Positions 9,726 to 20,179 are shown, counted from the stretch's first letter. The stretch: 64,000 nt of DNA from Patescibacteria group bacterium (GCA_050942955.1 JBMNOG010000001.1:4347-68346), one strand, 5' to 3'. Numbers and translations: made by a program. The notes: a model not told the origin generated them from the letters alone.

Positions 9726-10373
9726 TTAATTAAGTTTTACAGCATCTTCCACTGTAAATTCTCCAACTCTAATTCTCTCAAGTTCGCTGACATACCCACC
9801 TGTCCCCAGAACTTCTCCGATATCCCGTGCAAGAGAGCGGATATAAACACCGGGACCAGTTACTACCTTGATTGTTAGTTTTGGCCAGGAGTAATCGAGC
9901 ACTTGTATATTTTTTATCTCAACGTTCCGAGGTTTAAGTTCAACTACCTTACCTTTTCTTGCAAGCTTATACGCCGCCTCTCCCTTAAGTTTTGCGGCGC
10001 TGAATATTGGCGGCACCTGTGTAACGTCCCCCTTAAATTGGGCAACTGCCATCGAAACCTCAGGAAGGGTGGGGGGGTGACTAATCTTGTGGGATTGCTT
10101 TTCTCCCTCCGCATCATCAGTTGAGCTTGTAACTCCCAGAGTAACCTCGGCCAGGTACTCTTTTTCTTTTGCAACTTCCAGATGGAGCTTTTTTGTAGCT
10201 TCACGGCCGATACCAATAACTAATACCCCAGAAGCTAGAGGGTCAAGAGTCCCAGCATGTCCGATCCTGCGAACACCGGTCCTTTTGCGTAAGATATCAA
10301 TAACATCATGCGACGTAATTCCCTTAGGTTTATAAACAGGAACAATTCCTGTCAGTTCTAAAGTACCAGCCAT
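9726..10373 (-). CDS. truB: tRNA pseudouridine(55) synthase
   Basis: GIVPVYKPKGITSHDV..RIGHAGTLDPLASGVL catalytic motif. Confidence 0.9.
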   Translation of the reverse strand: MAGTLELTGIVPVYKPKGITSHDVIDILRKRTGVRRIGHAGTLDPLASGVLVIGIGREATKKLHLEVAKEKEYLAEVTLGVTSSTDDAEGEKQSHKISHPPTLPEVSMAVAQFKGDVTQVPPIFSAAKLKGEAAYKLARKGKVVELKPRNVEIKNIQVLDYSWPKLTIKVVTGPGVYIRSLARDIGEVLGTGGYVSELERIRVGEFTVEDAVKLN

Positions 10374-10375
10374 AG

Positions 10376-10690
10376 TTAGCCCCTATTCATAATTTTAATG
10401 ATTTTGTCAAAGTCATCATTTTCGTTTGTTTTATTTCTCTTTTTCCAACCACACCGAATGCAGGAGTGGATAACAGTAAATTCTCCTCTCTTACTATCAA
10501 TACCAACCGGTTCCATCAGACCCTTGCAGTCAGAGCGTCTATCTCCGGGATTGATATCTACGTGTTTACTCCACAAGCATTTTGGACAATGGTTTGTATA
10601 ACCATTCCCCTTAACCCGAAAACCGCAGTGCTCACAAATAAAGTCTTCAATCGTTCTTGTAAATCTCTTAGACATACATTTAGTTAACAA
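10376..10690 (-). CDS. RNHCP-domain zinc-binding protein
   Basis: CEHCG..GYTNHCPKCLWSKH..CIRCG matches the RNHCP (PF12647) signature. Confidence 0.6.
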   Translation of the reverse strand: MLTKCMSKRFTRTIEDFICEHCGFRVKGNGYTNHCPKCLWSKHVDINPGDRRSDCKGLMEPVGIDSKRGEFTVIHSCIRCGWKKRNKTNENDDFDKIIKIMNRG

Positions 10691-11327
10691 TCTCTACCAG
10701 TTCGCTAAAATCGTTAATCACATAATCAGCAGACACCTTAGTCAAAGTAAGATTATTTTGAAAACTATTGGTTTTCGATCTGTACCAGACGGTAGTTATT
10801 CCCGCACCTTTCCCAGCCAGAATGTCTTTATCTAAATCGCCTACCACTAGCGTCTGGCTTTTGTTTGCACCTAAAAGAGCAACTGCTTTTTCAACAATTT
10901 CAGGGTGGGGCTTACCCTGCTTTACATCTTCAATTCCTAAAACAACATCAAACATTCCAGTTAGCCTGTTATGAACAATTGATTTTTCAACTGCCTGTCG
11001 GCTTGAGTTAGTCACAATGGCTAGTTTCTTGCCTCTCTGCTTCAGAACTTTTAGTGTTTTACTGGTATTGCTGTTTAGGTTTGCTTGAATTACTTTAGTT
11101 TCAGCGACCTTTAGTAATTTTTCATTGAAATCAGTAAGGTTTTGTATACCAAGTTGTGCCGGACCTTCCCAGTCACCTAACACTTTCTCAGTAAAAGCAT
11201 GACGGGTAAGCGCAACACCATATTGCTGGAACAGTTTGCGATACGCTTCATACCATAGTTCAAGGCTGTCGCCCAAGCAACCATCCCAATCGAATAATAT
11301 ATATTCAAATGTCTTTTGAGTATTCAT
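10680..11327 (-). CDS. HAD-superfamily hydrolase (phosphatase / beta-phosphoglucomutase-like)
   Basis: Motif I ILFDWDGCL, motif II VTNS, motif IV GDLDKD. Confidence 0.8.
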   Translation of the reverse strand: MNTQKTFEYILFDWDGCLGDSLELWYEAYRKLFQQYGVALTRHAFTEKVLGDWEGPAQLGIQNLTDFNEKLLKVAETKVIQANLNSNTSKTLKVLKQRGKKLAIVTNSSRQAVEKSIVHNRLTGMFDVVLGIEDVKQGKPHPEIVEKAVALLGANKSQTLVVGDLDKDILAGKGAGITTVWYRSKTNSFQNNLTLTKVSADYVINDFSELVEIVN

Positions 11328-11427
11328 GTTTTTATGTTCTATGCACTACAACTTGGATGCTAACTTACATTTGACCGCAAGTATTATACCCCTTACTATT
11401 ATTCTATTACCAAATATCTAATGTACT

Positions 11428-13566
11428 ATGGATTTTCCAACTTCTCATATACCTAATCCAACTAACTCTAAAGATAATATGTCACCTAAACCCATTCAAA
11501 AGTCTCTTTTCCCCATAAAAACTACTTTTACTTACTTGACTTTGATCATACTAGTTATTGGCATTTTTTCATTTGCACAGACTTTTCTTGGCTCAATGCT
11601 GCAAAAGCCAAGTAACTCTCCAAGCCCATTAGAACATCAAAAACCAAAGCTGGAAAAATTTAGCTCAATAGAAGAGTTTAAGGCATACCTTTCCAAGGCT
11701 GATGCCACTACTAACACAGCAGCCTTCAATATGGCAATACCTACAGCCCGTTCAAGCATGCAGGAAGATATGGCTATTAATGCTCCTACAGGAGCGCTAA
11801 ATGAGGGAATAGCATTAGAAAAATCAGTTGCAAGCCGGGTTTCCGAAACGAATGTCCAGGTAAAAGGTATTGATGAGCCGGATATTGTTAAAACAAATGG
11901 AAAGCAGATTTTCTTTTCATCCCTGTTTCCTTCCTATCAGGTTTTCAAACGTTTAATTCGTTCTGATATTGTCCCAGCTAACACCATCCTGCCCAGTGAG
12001 GAAAATAGTAAGACTAGAGTCATTTCTGCTTTTCCTGTTGATGAGCTAGCTGAAAAAACCCAGCTAAAGGTGGGAGGAAACCTTGTTTTAACTGATAAAG
12101 TTCTCGTAGTTATAAGTAATGATAATAAAATATACGGATATGATATTCAAAACCCGGAGAATCCCACAGAGAAATGGCAGCTTAAGCTGGAAGATAACCA
12201 TTACCTAAGTACCGCTAGATTACTTGATAATACAATCTATCTCATCACCCAAACCCATATAGACCGCTCGAACCCCTGCCCAGTTAAACCTTTGGCAGAT
12301 TCTGTAACTATTGCCTGCGATGATATTTATCACCCCTCTGCTACAGTGCCCGTAAATACCACTTACACTGTTATGGCTGTTAATGTAGAGAGCGGTACAG
12401 TGGAAAAGAGCACAGCTTTTGTCGGGTCTTCAAATGCTTCTGTGATTTACATGTCTCCAAAAGCCATCTATGTCTCATACTCATACACTGGCGATATGGT
12501 TGCATTTACATATAACTTCTTTACGGAAAAAGGGAGTGACCTAATTTCTCAAGATACTCTTGAAAGGATTAATAAACTAAGAACGTACGACATTAGCAGC
12601 CAGGCAAAACAGATGGAGCTAGGCTTAATTCTTGAAGAATATCGGCAATCTCTCAGCAGTGATGAGGCTCTCAAATTTGAAAATGAGATGACAAACCGTA
12701 TGGAAGACTACAGTAAAGCCCATATGCGCGAAATGAGTAAAACCGGTATTGCAAAAATTGGTATTGACTCTTTTGTAGTCGAGGCTAACGGAGAAGTGCC
12801 GGGCTATCCTTTGAATCAATTTTCGCTTGACGAACATGAAGACAACCTTCGTATTGCAACAACAATAAGTTCCAGCGGATTTTCCATGAGAGGCGGGAGT
12901 GAAAGTGTTAATGATGTTTACGTTTTAAACAGCAAATTAGAAATGCTTGGCTCGGCTCTTGATTTGGGAAAGGGCGAACGGATTTATTCAACTAGGTTTA
13001 TTGGTGATAGAGGGTACGTAGTCACATTTAAACAAATTGATCCCTTTTACGTTTTGGATCTTTCCAACCCTAAACAACCCACGGTTAAAGGCGAACTTAA
13101 GATTCCCGGATACTCTTCCTATCTCCATTCTTTAGAGGAAAATGTTATCTTGGGCATCGGAGAGGAAGATAACAAGGTGAAGTTATCGGTCTTTAATGTT
13201 CAAGACCCATCAAATCCTGAGGAAATTTCAAAGTACATACTAGATGAGTACTGGTCTGAAGCTGGCAACAACCATCATGCTTTCCTTCAGGATGATAAGC
13301 ACAAAGTCTTTTTCCTTCCAGGCGGAAAAGGAGGGTATGTTTTTAGTTATGAAGGTAACGAGCTTAAACTGCAAAAAGCGGTTAGCGATGTTATAGCAAA
13401 AAGAGCGCTCTATATTGATAACTACCTTTACATTTTGGCCGAAGACAAGGTGGTTGTTTTAGATGAGAAAAGTTGGGAAACAGTAAAAGAGCTGGATCTG
13501 GACGCTACAGCCCCTACTCACGAGTCACCACAACCAATACCTGAACCAAACATTTTACCTGAGTAA
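11428..13566 (+). CDS. Secreted beta-propeller domain protein (PF09826-like) with N-terminal TM anchor
   Basis: N-terminal hydrophobic segment; C-terminal YVVTFKQIDPFYVLDLSNPKQPTVKGELKIPGYSSYLH pattern characteristic of the Beta_propel family. Confidence 0.55.
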   Translation: MDFPTSHIPNPTNSKDNMSPKPIQKSLFPIKTTFTYLTLIILVIGIFSFAQTFLGSMLQKPSNSPSPLEHQKPKLEKFSSIEEFKAYLSKADATTNTAAFNMAIPTARSSMQEDMAINAPTGALNEGIALEKSVASRVSETNVQVKGIDEPDIVKTNGKQIFFSSLFPSYQVFKRLIRSDIVPANTILPSEENSKTRVISAFPVDELAEKTQLKVGGNLVLTDKVLVVISNDNKIYGYDIQNPENPTEKWQLKLEDNHYLSTARLLDNTIYLITQTHIDRSNPCPVKPLADSVTIACDDIYHPSATVPVNTTYTVMAVNVESGTVEKSTAFVGSSNASVIYMSPKAIYVSYSYTGDMVAFTYNFFTEKGSDLISQDTLERINKLRTYDISSQAKQMELGLILEEYRQSLSSDEALKFENEMTNRMEDYSKAHMREMSKTGIAKIGIDSFVVEANGEVPGYPLNQFSLDEHEDNLRIATTISSSGFSMRGGSESVNDVYVLNSKLEMLGSALDLGKGERIYSTRFIGDRGYVVTFKQIDPFYVLDLSNPKQPTVKGELKIPGYSSYLHSLEENVILGIGEEDNKVKLSVFNVQDPSNPEEISKYILDEYWSEAGNNHHAFLQDDKHKVFFLPGGKGGYVFSYEGNELKLQKAVSDVIAKRALYIDNYLYILAEDKVVVLDEKSWETVKELDLDATAPTHESPQPIPEPNILPE

Positions 13567-13600
13567 GGCTGTAGAAAAAAACACTATTAAATCAAGAAAG

Positions 13601-13625
13601 CCCCGGGAAACCGGGGCTTTCTAAT
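13601..13625. terminator. Bidirectional rho-independent terminator
   Basis: aaagccccgg-gaaa-ccggggcttt perfect hairpin between convergent genes. Confidence 0.7.
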
Positions 13626-13643
13626 GTGTAAAGAAGTGATTTT

Positions 13644-15056
13644 TTAGACAACTGTAAGTAAGGTTAACGTATTTGTTCCTCCGGGGTACTGCCAGTTAAG
13701 ACCGTGAATTACTAGAAGTTTCTGACCTTTTTCAATAAGCTTTTTTTTCTTAAGTTCATCAAATACTTCTTTTGGCAGGGAGTAATCACCTCGAGGATAA
13801 TCTATACAAAAGGGTTGAACCCCATAAGAAAGTGTTAGTTTTTCCACGGTCTTCTGTGAACGTGATACGGCAATAATAGGAAACTTCGGCCTGCAAGCCG
13901 AGAGAACTCTGGCGGTATATCCAGTTTCAGTAAACACAACCGCCCCATCGACTTTAGGATGGTTCTCAGTATCAAGCATTGATTCGGCAGCATGGATTAT
14001 AAGACCTGTAACATCCTGAGCATGATCTTTACATTTAATCCGGCTTTTCTTTTCTGTATACTCAGCAATTCTAGCCATGTGTTGAACCGCTTTTACCGGA
14101 TACTTACCTGAAGCACTTTCTGCCGAAAGCATAACTGCATCAGTCCCATCAAAAACAGCGTTGGCTACATCCACAGCCTCAGCCCGCGTAGGGCGGGGGT
14201 TTTCAATCATAGATTCCAACATTTGTGTAGCTGTAATCACAGGTTTGTTGTATTTGCGGCATTCAGTAATAATATGCTTCTGCCAGTAAGCCAATTGTTC
14301 AATGGGAACTTCGATTCCTAAGTCTCCTCGGGCCACCATAATCGCATCAGAAGTCTGGATAAGTTCATCCAGGTGATCAATTGCTTCCTGGCTTTCAATT
14401 TTAGCCATAATCAACGCATCTATATGGCGCTTTTCCATTTCTTGTCTCAGAATCTGGATATCTTTTTTAGTTCTACTAAAAGACAGGGCCACAATATCGA
14501 CTTTTGCTTTCCCAGCCATATCAAGTTTTCTAAGATCATCCTCAATAAGAGAAGGCAGATCAATCTTCTTGCCCGGAAGATTCACTCCTTTTCTATGCTT
14601 GATAACATAATTTCCTTGTGCTTCCACAACAACACTATGATCTCTTACCTCAACGACAGCAAACTCCAAAAATCCGTCTGCAACTAGAATTGTGTCGCCA
14701 ACCTTTAACGTTCCAAAAACAACATCATGAGGAATACAAACATTTACATCCTCTGCAAGGGTATCGGCAAAAACAACTCTTTCACCTTGCTTAATCGGAA
14801 CATCCTGGTGATCTCTAGTTTCAATACGAATTTCTGGCCCCTGAAGGTCAATAAGAATACCTACTGAAACCCTCATTTCATCTGCCACTTTTTGTACCAT
14901 ATTTATCCGCTCATGATGCCAAGCAATATCTGCATGTTTCATGTTAAAGCGAAAAACGTTTACCCCTGATTCAATCAGTTGCTTAACTGTTTCAGGGTTG
15001 TCAGAAGCTGGACCTAGAGTAGCCACAATTTTGGTTTGCTTAAAATTCATAGTCAT
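13644..15056 (-). CDS. pyk: Pyruvate kinase
   Basis: KIVATLGPAS, MVARGDLGIE, and the overall 470-aa PK barrel. Confidence 0.9.
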   Translation of the reverse strand: MTMNFKQTKIVATLGPASDNPETVKQLIESGVNVFRFNMKHADIAWHHERINMVQKVADEMRVSVGILIDLQGPEIRIETRDHQDVPIKQGERVVFADTLAEDVNVCIPHDVVFGTLKVGDTILVADGFLEFAVVEVRDHSVVVEAQGNYVIKHRKGVNLPGKKIDLPSLIEDDLRKLDMAGKAKVDIVALSFSRTKKDIQILRQEMEKRHIDALIMAKIESQEAIDHLDELIQTSDAIMVARGDLGIEVPIEQLAYWQKHIITECRKYNKPVITATQMLESMIENPRPTRAEAVDVANAVFDGTDAVMLSAESASGKYPVKAVQHMARIAEYTEKKSRIKCKDHAQDVTGLIIHAAESMLDTENHPKVDGAVVFTETGYTARVLSACRPKFPIIAVSRSQKTVEKLTLSYGVQPFCIDYPRGDYSLPKEVFDELKKKKLIEKGQKLLVIHGLNWQYPGGTNTLTLLTVV

Positions 15057-15254
15057 ATTGATTAAAAAATATTAATAAGTTTGACAAAAAGTAATTATAG
15101 AGGAGTTATCAATTAAGTTCAATTATGTGTTTTAAATATGTATAAACCAAAATTTAGTCTATCCACAACCATAATTATGTCAAGCCAATCAGGGGAATCT
15201 GGTTTTTCAAATACTAACATTATATAATCTAATAAGATATATTCTTAAGTACCT

Positions 15255-15764
15255 ATGTCCGAAAAAGTTTGTGCTTATTGCCATCAGAAGATTGATAGTT
15301 CAACAGAAAAATGCCCAAGGTGTCAAGCAAAACTAAGTTGGTTTGCTAAACATCCCGTTTTAACCGGGATTATTACTACAGCAGCGCTGACTGCTGTAAT
15401 TTTTATTTCCAATGCTAGTCTCCATAACACAACCCAAGGGGAAGTGCTTTCAGTAGAAGATACCATCCTTGTAAACACAATGGTTTTTATTGAAGCTTTT
15501 GATAGAGATTATATTAAAGCCAGTCAGGAGTACTTGGGCAAATTAATCCAATTTAACGCGATTGCTTACCGGCTTGAAGAAACTCCAGACACTATTGATA
15601 GTTACCTTAAACCCAGTGTCACACATGCAGGAACTGTCCTTAAATGTTCTTTTAGTAAAGACCACTCAACTCTTACTAAAGATGAAGCTTACACAATTCA
15701 GGGAATAGTTGACAGTTTTGAATCCGGAATTATTACTCTTACAAACTGCAGAGTTATCGAGTAG
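15255..15764 (+). CDS. Zinc-ribbon plus single-TM protein of unknown function
   Basis: CAYCHQKI..CPRCQ followed by a hydrophobic helix. Confidence 0.4.
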   Translation: MSEKVCAYCHQKIDSSTEKCPRCQAKLSWFAKHPVLTGIITTAALTAVIFISNASLHNTTQGEVLSVEDTILVNTMVFIEAFDRDYIKASQEYLGKLIQFNAIAYRLEETPDTIDSYLKPSVTHAGTVLKCSFSKDHSTLTKDEAYTIQGIVDSFESGIITLTNCRVIE

Positions 15765-15823
15765 CTTTATCACGTATCCTAATTTCTTTTCCTGACTTTC
15801 TGTTTCATTGTTATAATTGAGTA

Positions 15824-16525
15824 ATGCAGAAAATTTTCCTTCTCCATGGTTGGACACAAAGTAAGGACACACCCCAAAAATGGGAGCCTTTTATTAAACT
15901 TCTTAGGAAGCGGGGCATTGAACCAGTGCTTCTGAAACTTCCAGGCCTGACAACACCGCTTAAGGAGGTGTGGACTCTTGAAGATTATGTCCAGTGGTTA
16001 AAAAAGGCTCTATCTAAAGAAACCACCGTTACTCTTCTGGGACATTCTTTTGGGGGACAGATTTGCATCCGCTTTACGGCTAAATACCCTGAGAAAGTTA
16101 AAAAACTTATTCTTCTTGATAGTGCTGGTATTAGAAATAACACTCCTCAGGCAGTTATTAAACGAACTGTTTTCTTAGTCTTAGCTAAAACTGGCAAAGC
16201 AGTGTTTAGTAATGAAAGTTTGCGTAAAGCTCTGTATAAAGTTGCCAGAGAACACGATTACGAGAAAGCTTCGCCAATCCTCAGGAAGACTTTTATCAAT
16301 GTGTTAAATACAGACGTTACCGAAAATCTTAAACACATCCATTGTCCTACTACGATTATTTGGGGAGGACAGGATAGAACCACACCTACGTTTATGGCAC
16401 GTAAACTTCATAGCGCTGTTGTCAATAGTTCGCTTCACTATATTGCTAACGCTCGGCACTCACCTCAGTTCACTTGTCCAGAGGAAGTTGCTGAGATTGT
16501 TGCTAAGTTTGTAAAGAGTTCATGA
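15824..16525 (+). CDS. Alpha/beta-fold hydrolase
   Basis: GHSFGG nucleophile elbow; C-terminal His; start of the next gene overlaps by 4 nt. Confidence 0.7.
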   Translation: MQKIFLLHGWTQSKDTPQKWEPFIKLLRKRGIEPVLLKLPGLTTPLKEVWTLEDYVQWLKKALSKETTVTLLGHSFGGQICIRFTAKYPEKVKKLILLDSAGIRNNTPQAVIKRTVFLVLAKTGKAVFSNESLRKALYKVAREHDYEKASPILRKTFINVLNTDVTENLKHIHCPTTIIWGGQDRTTPTFMARKLHSAVVNSSLHYIANARHSPQFTCPEEVAEIVAKFVKSS

Positions 16526-17952
16526 TTTATCTTATCGTTTCTACTGTTGCTACGTTCATACACTGGCTGAGATGGCTGGCGCTTTTCCAACAGAAAGAAT
16601 ATCGGTCTGACAGACTCCTGCTTTTTCTTAAAACCAAAGAGGGGCTAAAAGACTTCTTTTTACCTTGGTCAATTTCATTAAGACGTTTACCAAATCTCTC
16701 GGATTTCAAAAGACCAAGATGGACAATGAGAATTTTTGTTGTCAGCTTGTTAAGTCTTTTGCTTATAGGCGGGGTACTAGTTTTTACAAATATGAGCAGG
16801 CAGAGATGGTGGACCTATTTGTTTGCCTATTTATCTCTTCCTCTGGCTATCTACGTAGCTAATGTGCCTGCTGTTGGTGTTAGTAAAATCCTGACACACA
16901 TCACACTTAAACGTGCAAAGACGAAAATTAAACAACATAATCCACTTATTATTGGCATTACTGGAAGCTATGGTAAAAGCTCTACAAAACACCTGCTTAC
17001 TCACATCTTTTCTCAAAGTCAGCCAGTGTTTACCACTCCAAAGTCATATAACACTCTTTACTCAGTAGCTAGAGCTATAGTCGACAATTATCAAGGTGAG
17101 ACCATTGTAGTTTTGGAATATGGAGCCTATACCAAAGGAGAAATAAAGCATCTAGCTTTTCACTTCCCACCTTCTGTGGCAGTTGTTACCGGCATTACTT
17201 CTCAACATTTAGGACTTTTCGGTTCAATTAAAGAGATAATTAAAGCAAAATCAGAACTCATTAAAGCTTTGCCACCCCAAGGTATTGTCTTTTACAATAG
17301 CGCTGATGCTCATGTGAGAAGAATGTGTACCAGCACAAATAATACTTCTTATCCGTTTGGAAGCCAAAACAGTAATTCTGTTTTAAAAGATATCCAGGTT
17401 GACCAACATGGATATCTTTCGTTTTCTCTAGATGGAAAGAGAGTGTCAACAAAGCTTGTTGGGGAGCACTACATTTCTAACATTGAGGCCGTAATTGCTA
17501 TCAGCAAGTACCTTAAGATGCCAGTAAAAAAAATCACTAAGGGCTTTGAAACCTTTACCCCAACACCAATGTTTGTGCAAAGTAGAATACTAAAATCTGG
17601 AACTCTGTTGATTGATGACGGCCATACTACAAACCCCAAAGGCTTTGAAGCTGCTATTCAATTAATTAAAGAGATAGATAAACCACGTAAAATTCTTCTA
17701 ACCGGAGGGCTTGTCGATCTAGGAATAGAATCTAGCAATATCCATAACAAACTCGCCTGCCAAGCGGAAGTAGTCTTTGACACTGTTCTTTACATCAGCC
17801 AAGATGGAAGTAAGGAGTTTAAGCAAGTGTTTAGAAATCGTTGTATAACAGAAGAAGTTAAAATTAATAAGGTTTTAGATAGTCTGAACTCAGATACAGT
17901 CATATTAATTGAAGGACATATTAAACCTGAGCTCATAAAAAGAATTTCATAA
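16522..17952 (+). CDS. Membrane-anchored Mur-ligase-family enzyme (MurF-like central and C-terminal domains; N-terminal UDP-sugar-binding domain replaced by about 140 aa with 3-4 TM helices)
   Basis: IIGITGSYGKSSTKHLL P-loop matches MurF 'ALTGSSGKTS'. The following VLEYGAYTKGEIKHLAFHFPPSVAVVTGITSQHLGLFGSIKEI block is colinear with E. coli MurF 'VIELGANHQGEIAWTVSLTRPEAALVNNLAAAHLEGFGSLAGV'. Confidence 0.65.
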   Translation: MIYLIVSTVATFIHWLRWLALFQQKEYRSDRLLLFLKTKEGLKDFFLPWSISLRRLPNLSDFKRPRWTMRIFVVSLLSLLLIGGVLVFTNMSRQRWWTYLFAYLSLPLAIYVANVPAVGVSKILTHITLKRAKTKIKQHNPLIIGITGSYGKSSTKHLLTHIFSQSQPVFTTPKSYNTLYSVARAIVDNYQGETIVVLEYGAYTKGEIKHLAFHFPPSVAVVTGITSQHLGLFGSIKEIIKAKSELIKALPPQGIVFYNSADAHVRRMCTSTNNTSYPFGSQNSNSVLKDIQVDQHGYLSFSLDGKRVSTKLVGEHYISNIEAVIAISKYLKMPVKKITKGFETFTPTPMFVQSRILKSGTLLIDDGHTTNPKGFEAAIQLIKEIDKPRKILLTGGLVDLGIESSNIHNKLACQAEVVFDTVLYISQDGSKEFKQVFRNRCITEEVKINKVLDSLNSDTVILIEGHIKPELIKRIS

Positions 17953-17955
17953 ATT

Positions 17956-19152
17956 ATGCAACCAATTTTTAACTCTCTCGGTTCAAACTATCCTCTCTCT
18001 TTCATCTTTCTGGCGTTAAGGCAGATAGTTAGAAACAAAAGAGGCAAGCAAAAAGACTCAGATACTTTAAAAAGCATCTTAGAAAAACAGTTTGGAGGAA
18101 AATGTTACCTTTTCTACAAAGGAAGGGATGCCATTGAGTATAGCTTGAAAGCAGTAGGTATTAGAAAGGGAGATAGTGTTATCATCCAAGCATTTACCTG
18201 TTATGCCATTGAGGAAAGTATTGTCAGAAGTGGAGCAACACCTGTGTTTGCAGACCTTGCTAGCAATAGTCTCAATCCCACACTAGAAACTCTGGAAAAA
18301 GCCTATAGAAAAGCTAAAAAACCTAAAGCCGTACTAATTCAGCATACACTTGGGTTTCCTGCAGAGATATGCAAGATTAGGCGGTGGTGCAACAGAAAAA
18401 AATTATTGCTTATCGAAGACTTAGCTCAGGCATTCGGAGGGAAAGGGGATGATAACAAGGTTCTCGGAACTAACGGAGACATCGTAATCCTATCTTTTGG
18501 AAAAGACAAAATTCTTGACGGAGTATCAGGTGGAGGCTGTGTCATTAAAATATCCCATAATCATATACAGATTTCCTCAAGAAGGGTAGAGGAGGGACAG
18601 GTTGTTAAAGACATGTTTTATCCTTTAGTTACCTGGGTTATTAGAAGAACATATCTATTAGGCTTAGGAAAATTGCTTCATGAAGTCGCAAGGTTGACGA
18701 AGCTAATAGTCTCACCAGTTGTTTCTTATTCTAAAGAGCCACTTGCTCTGCCAGAACATTATGCTGCCTTAGTTTTGCATCAGTTAAATGAATTGGATAA
18801 GCAGTTAGCGCACCGAAGAGCTATCGCAAAGTTGTATGCAGTCAAACTCAGGGGTGGTCAAATTCAACTTAAAACCCTCACCAAAGCCTCAAATCTGCGT
18901 TTTCCTGTTACTGTTAGTCAACCTGATAGTCTTACAAAGTACTTGAGAGTAAAAAATATTTATATTGAAGATAGATGGTATAAAAGAGCTGTTGATTGTG
19001 GATCTTTATGTTGTAAGACTGTATACAAAAATGGAGAATGTCCTAATGCTGAAAAGTGGGCCGCTACTATTATTAACCTACCCACTCATAAATCTATTAC
19101 TAAAAAAGAGGCGAGTAAAATAATCCAAGTTATTAACCAGTGCATTTCTTAG
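17956..19152 (+). CDS. DegT/DnrJ/EryC1/StrS-family PLP-dependent aminotransferase
   Basis: N-terminal AIEYSLKAVGIRKGDSVIIQAFTCYAIEESI...ATPVFADL, lysine motif ILSFGKDKIL. Confidence 0.75.
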   Translation: MQPIFNSLGSNYPLSFIFLALRQIVRNKRGKQKDSDTLKSILEKQFGGKCYLFYKGRDAIEYSLKAVGIRKGDSVIIQAFTCYAIEESIVRSGATPVFADLASNSLNPTLETLEKAYRKAKKPKAVLIQHTLGFPAEICKIRRWCNRKKLLLIEDLAQAFGGKGDDNKVLGTNGDIVILSFGKDKILDGVSGGGCVIKISHNHIQISSRRVEEGQVVKDMFYPLVTWVIRRTYLLGLGKLLHEVARLTKLIVSPVVSYSKEPLALPEHYAALVLHQLNELDKQLAHRRAIAKLYAVKLRGGQIQLKTLTKASNLRFPVTVSQPDSLTKYLRVKNIYIEDRWYKRAVDCGSLCCKTVYKNGECPNAEKWAATIINLPTHKSITKKEASKIIQVINQCIS

Positions 19153-20178
19153 GTGATGTCAAACTTATCTATACAACTAATCGAAGATAAAGCCAGATGG
19201 GAGATTTTTATTCTCAAAAGACCTGAAGCTAATTTCCTTCAATCCTGGAACTGGGGTAAGTTCCATAAAAGATTAGGTAAAAATGTTTTTAGGATGGCTT
19301 TGTTTGAAGACGAAGAATTGGCGGGAGCAGTTCAGTGTATCAAGGAAATTGCCAAAAGAGGTATCTATCTTACATTACCCGGGGGTCCGATCATCAACTG
19401 GGAAAAACCTGATCACGTCAAGTTTATTTTTTCAAAAATAAAAGAGCTAGCCAGAAGTGAAGGATGTACTTTTATTCGTATGAGGCCGCAAATACACGAT
19501 ACACAGAAGAATAGACAGTTACTTGAGCAGTATGGGTGGAAACTCGCCCCAATGCACTTAACTGCTGACCTTACTCTCCAACTTGATCTATCTCTCTCTG
19601 AGGAAAAATTACTTGCCCAAATGCGTAAAAACACTCGCTACGAAATTAGGAAGGCAGTAAAAGAGGGAATTGTAGTCAAACAGTCTCAGGATCCGAATGA
19701 TATTGAAGAGTTCAATAAACACCAGAAAGAACTAGCAAAAAAACATAGTTTTGTTCCATTTTCATACGAGTACTTACATGAACAATTTAAGTCATTTTTA
19801 GTTGATAATCAAGTAATATTATTTCACGCTTACAAAGAGAACACACTTTTAGCTTCGGCTTTCGTCATTTTTTACAATAAAGAAGCTGTATATCACTACG
19901 GCATCTCAACTCCTGAAAACCAAAAGTTTCCCGGAGCTTACGCCTGCCAATGGAAGGCAATTCGAGAAGCAAAAAAACGGGGAATGAAGCGCTATAATTT
20001 CTGGGGTATTTCTCCGGAGGATCAACCTGATCATCGCTTTGCAGGCGTCTCGCTTTTTAAGAGAGGTTTTGGTGGTAAGGAAATTTCTTATCTTCCAGCT
20101 CATGATCTTCCTGTAGACTGGAAGTACCAAGTAATCAAAGGTTTTGAAATGCTAAGAAAGAAAGCAAGAAAGTTGTAA
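19153..20178 (+). CDS. FemAB/MurM-family aminoacyl-tRNA-dependent peptidyltransferase
   Basis: FemAB-fold pattern, including HAYKENTLLASAFVIFYNKEAVYHYGIS...YACQWKAIREAKKRGMKRYNFWGI. Confidence 0.7.
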   Translation: MMSNLSIQLIEDKARWEIFILKRPEANFLQSWNWGKFHKRLGKNVFRMALFEDEELAGAVQCIKEIAKRGIYLTLPGGPIINWEKPDHVKFIFSKIKELARSEGCTFIRMRPQIHDTQKNRQLLEQYGWKLAPMHLTADLTLQLDLSLSEEKLLAQMRKNTRYEIRKAVKEGIVVKQSQDPNDIEEFNKHQKELAKKHSFVPFSYEYLHEQFKSFLVDNQVILFHAYKENTLLASAFVIFYNKEAVYHYGISTPENQKFPGAYACQWKAIREAKKRGMKRYNFWGISPEDQPDHRFAGVSLFKRGFGGKEISYLPAHDLPVDWKYQVIKGFEMLRKKARKL

Positions 20179-20179
20179 A

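Noticed and set aside
9684-10335. ORFs 9684-9878, 9903-10124, 9944-10216 and 10087-10335
   Set aside because: All lie inside or antisense to truB, which has unambiguous catalytic motifs
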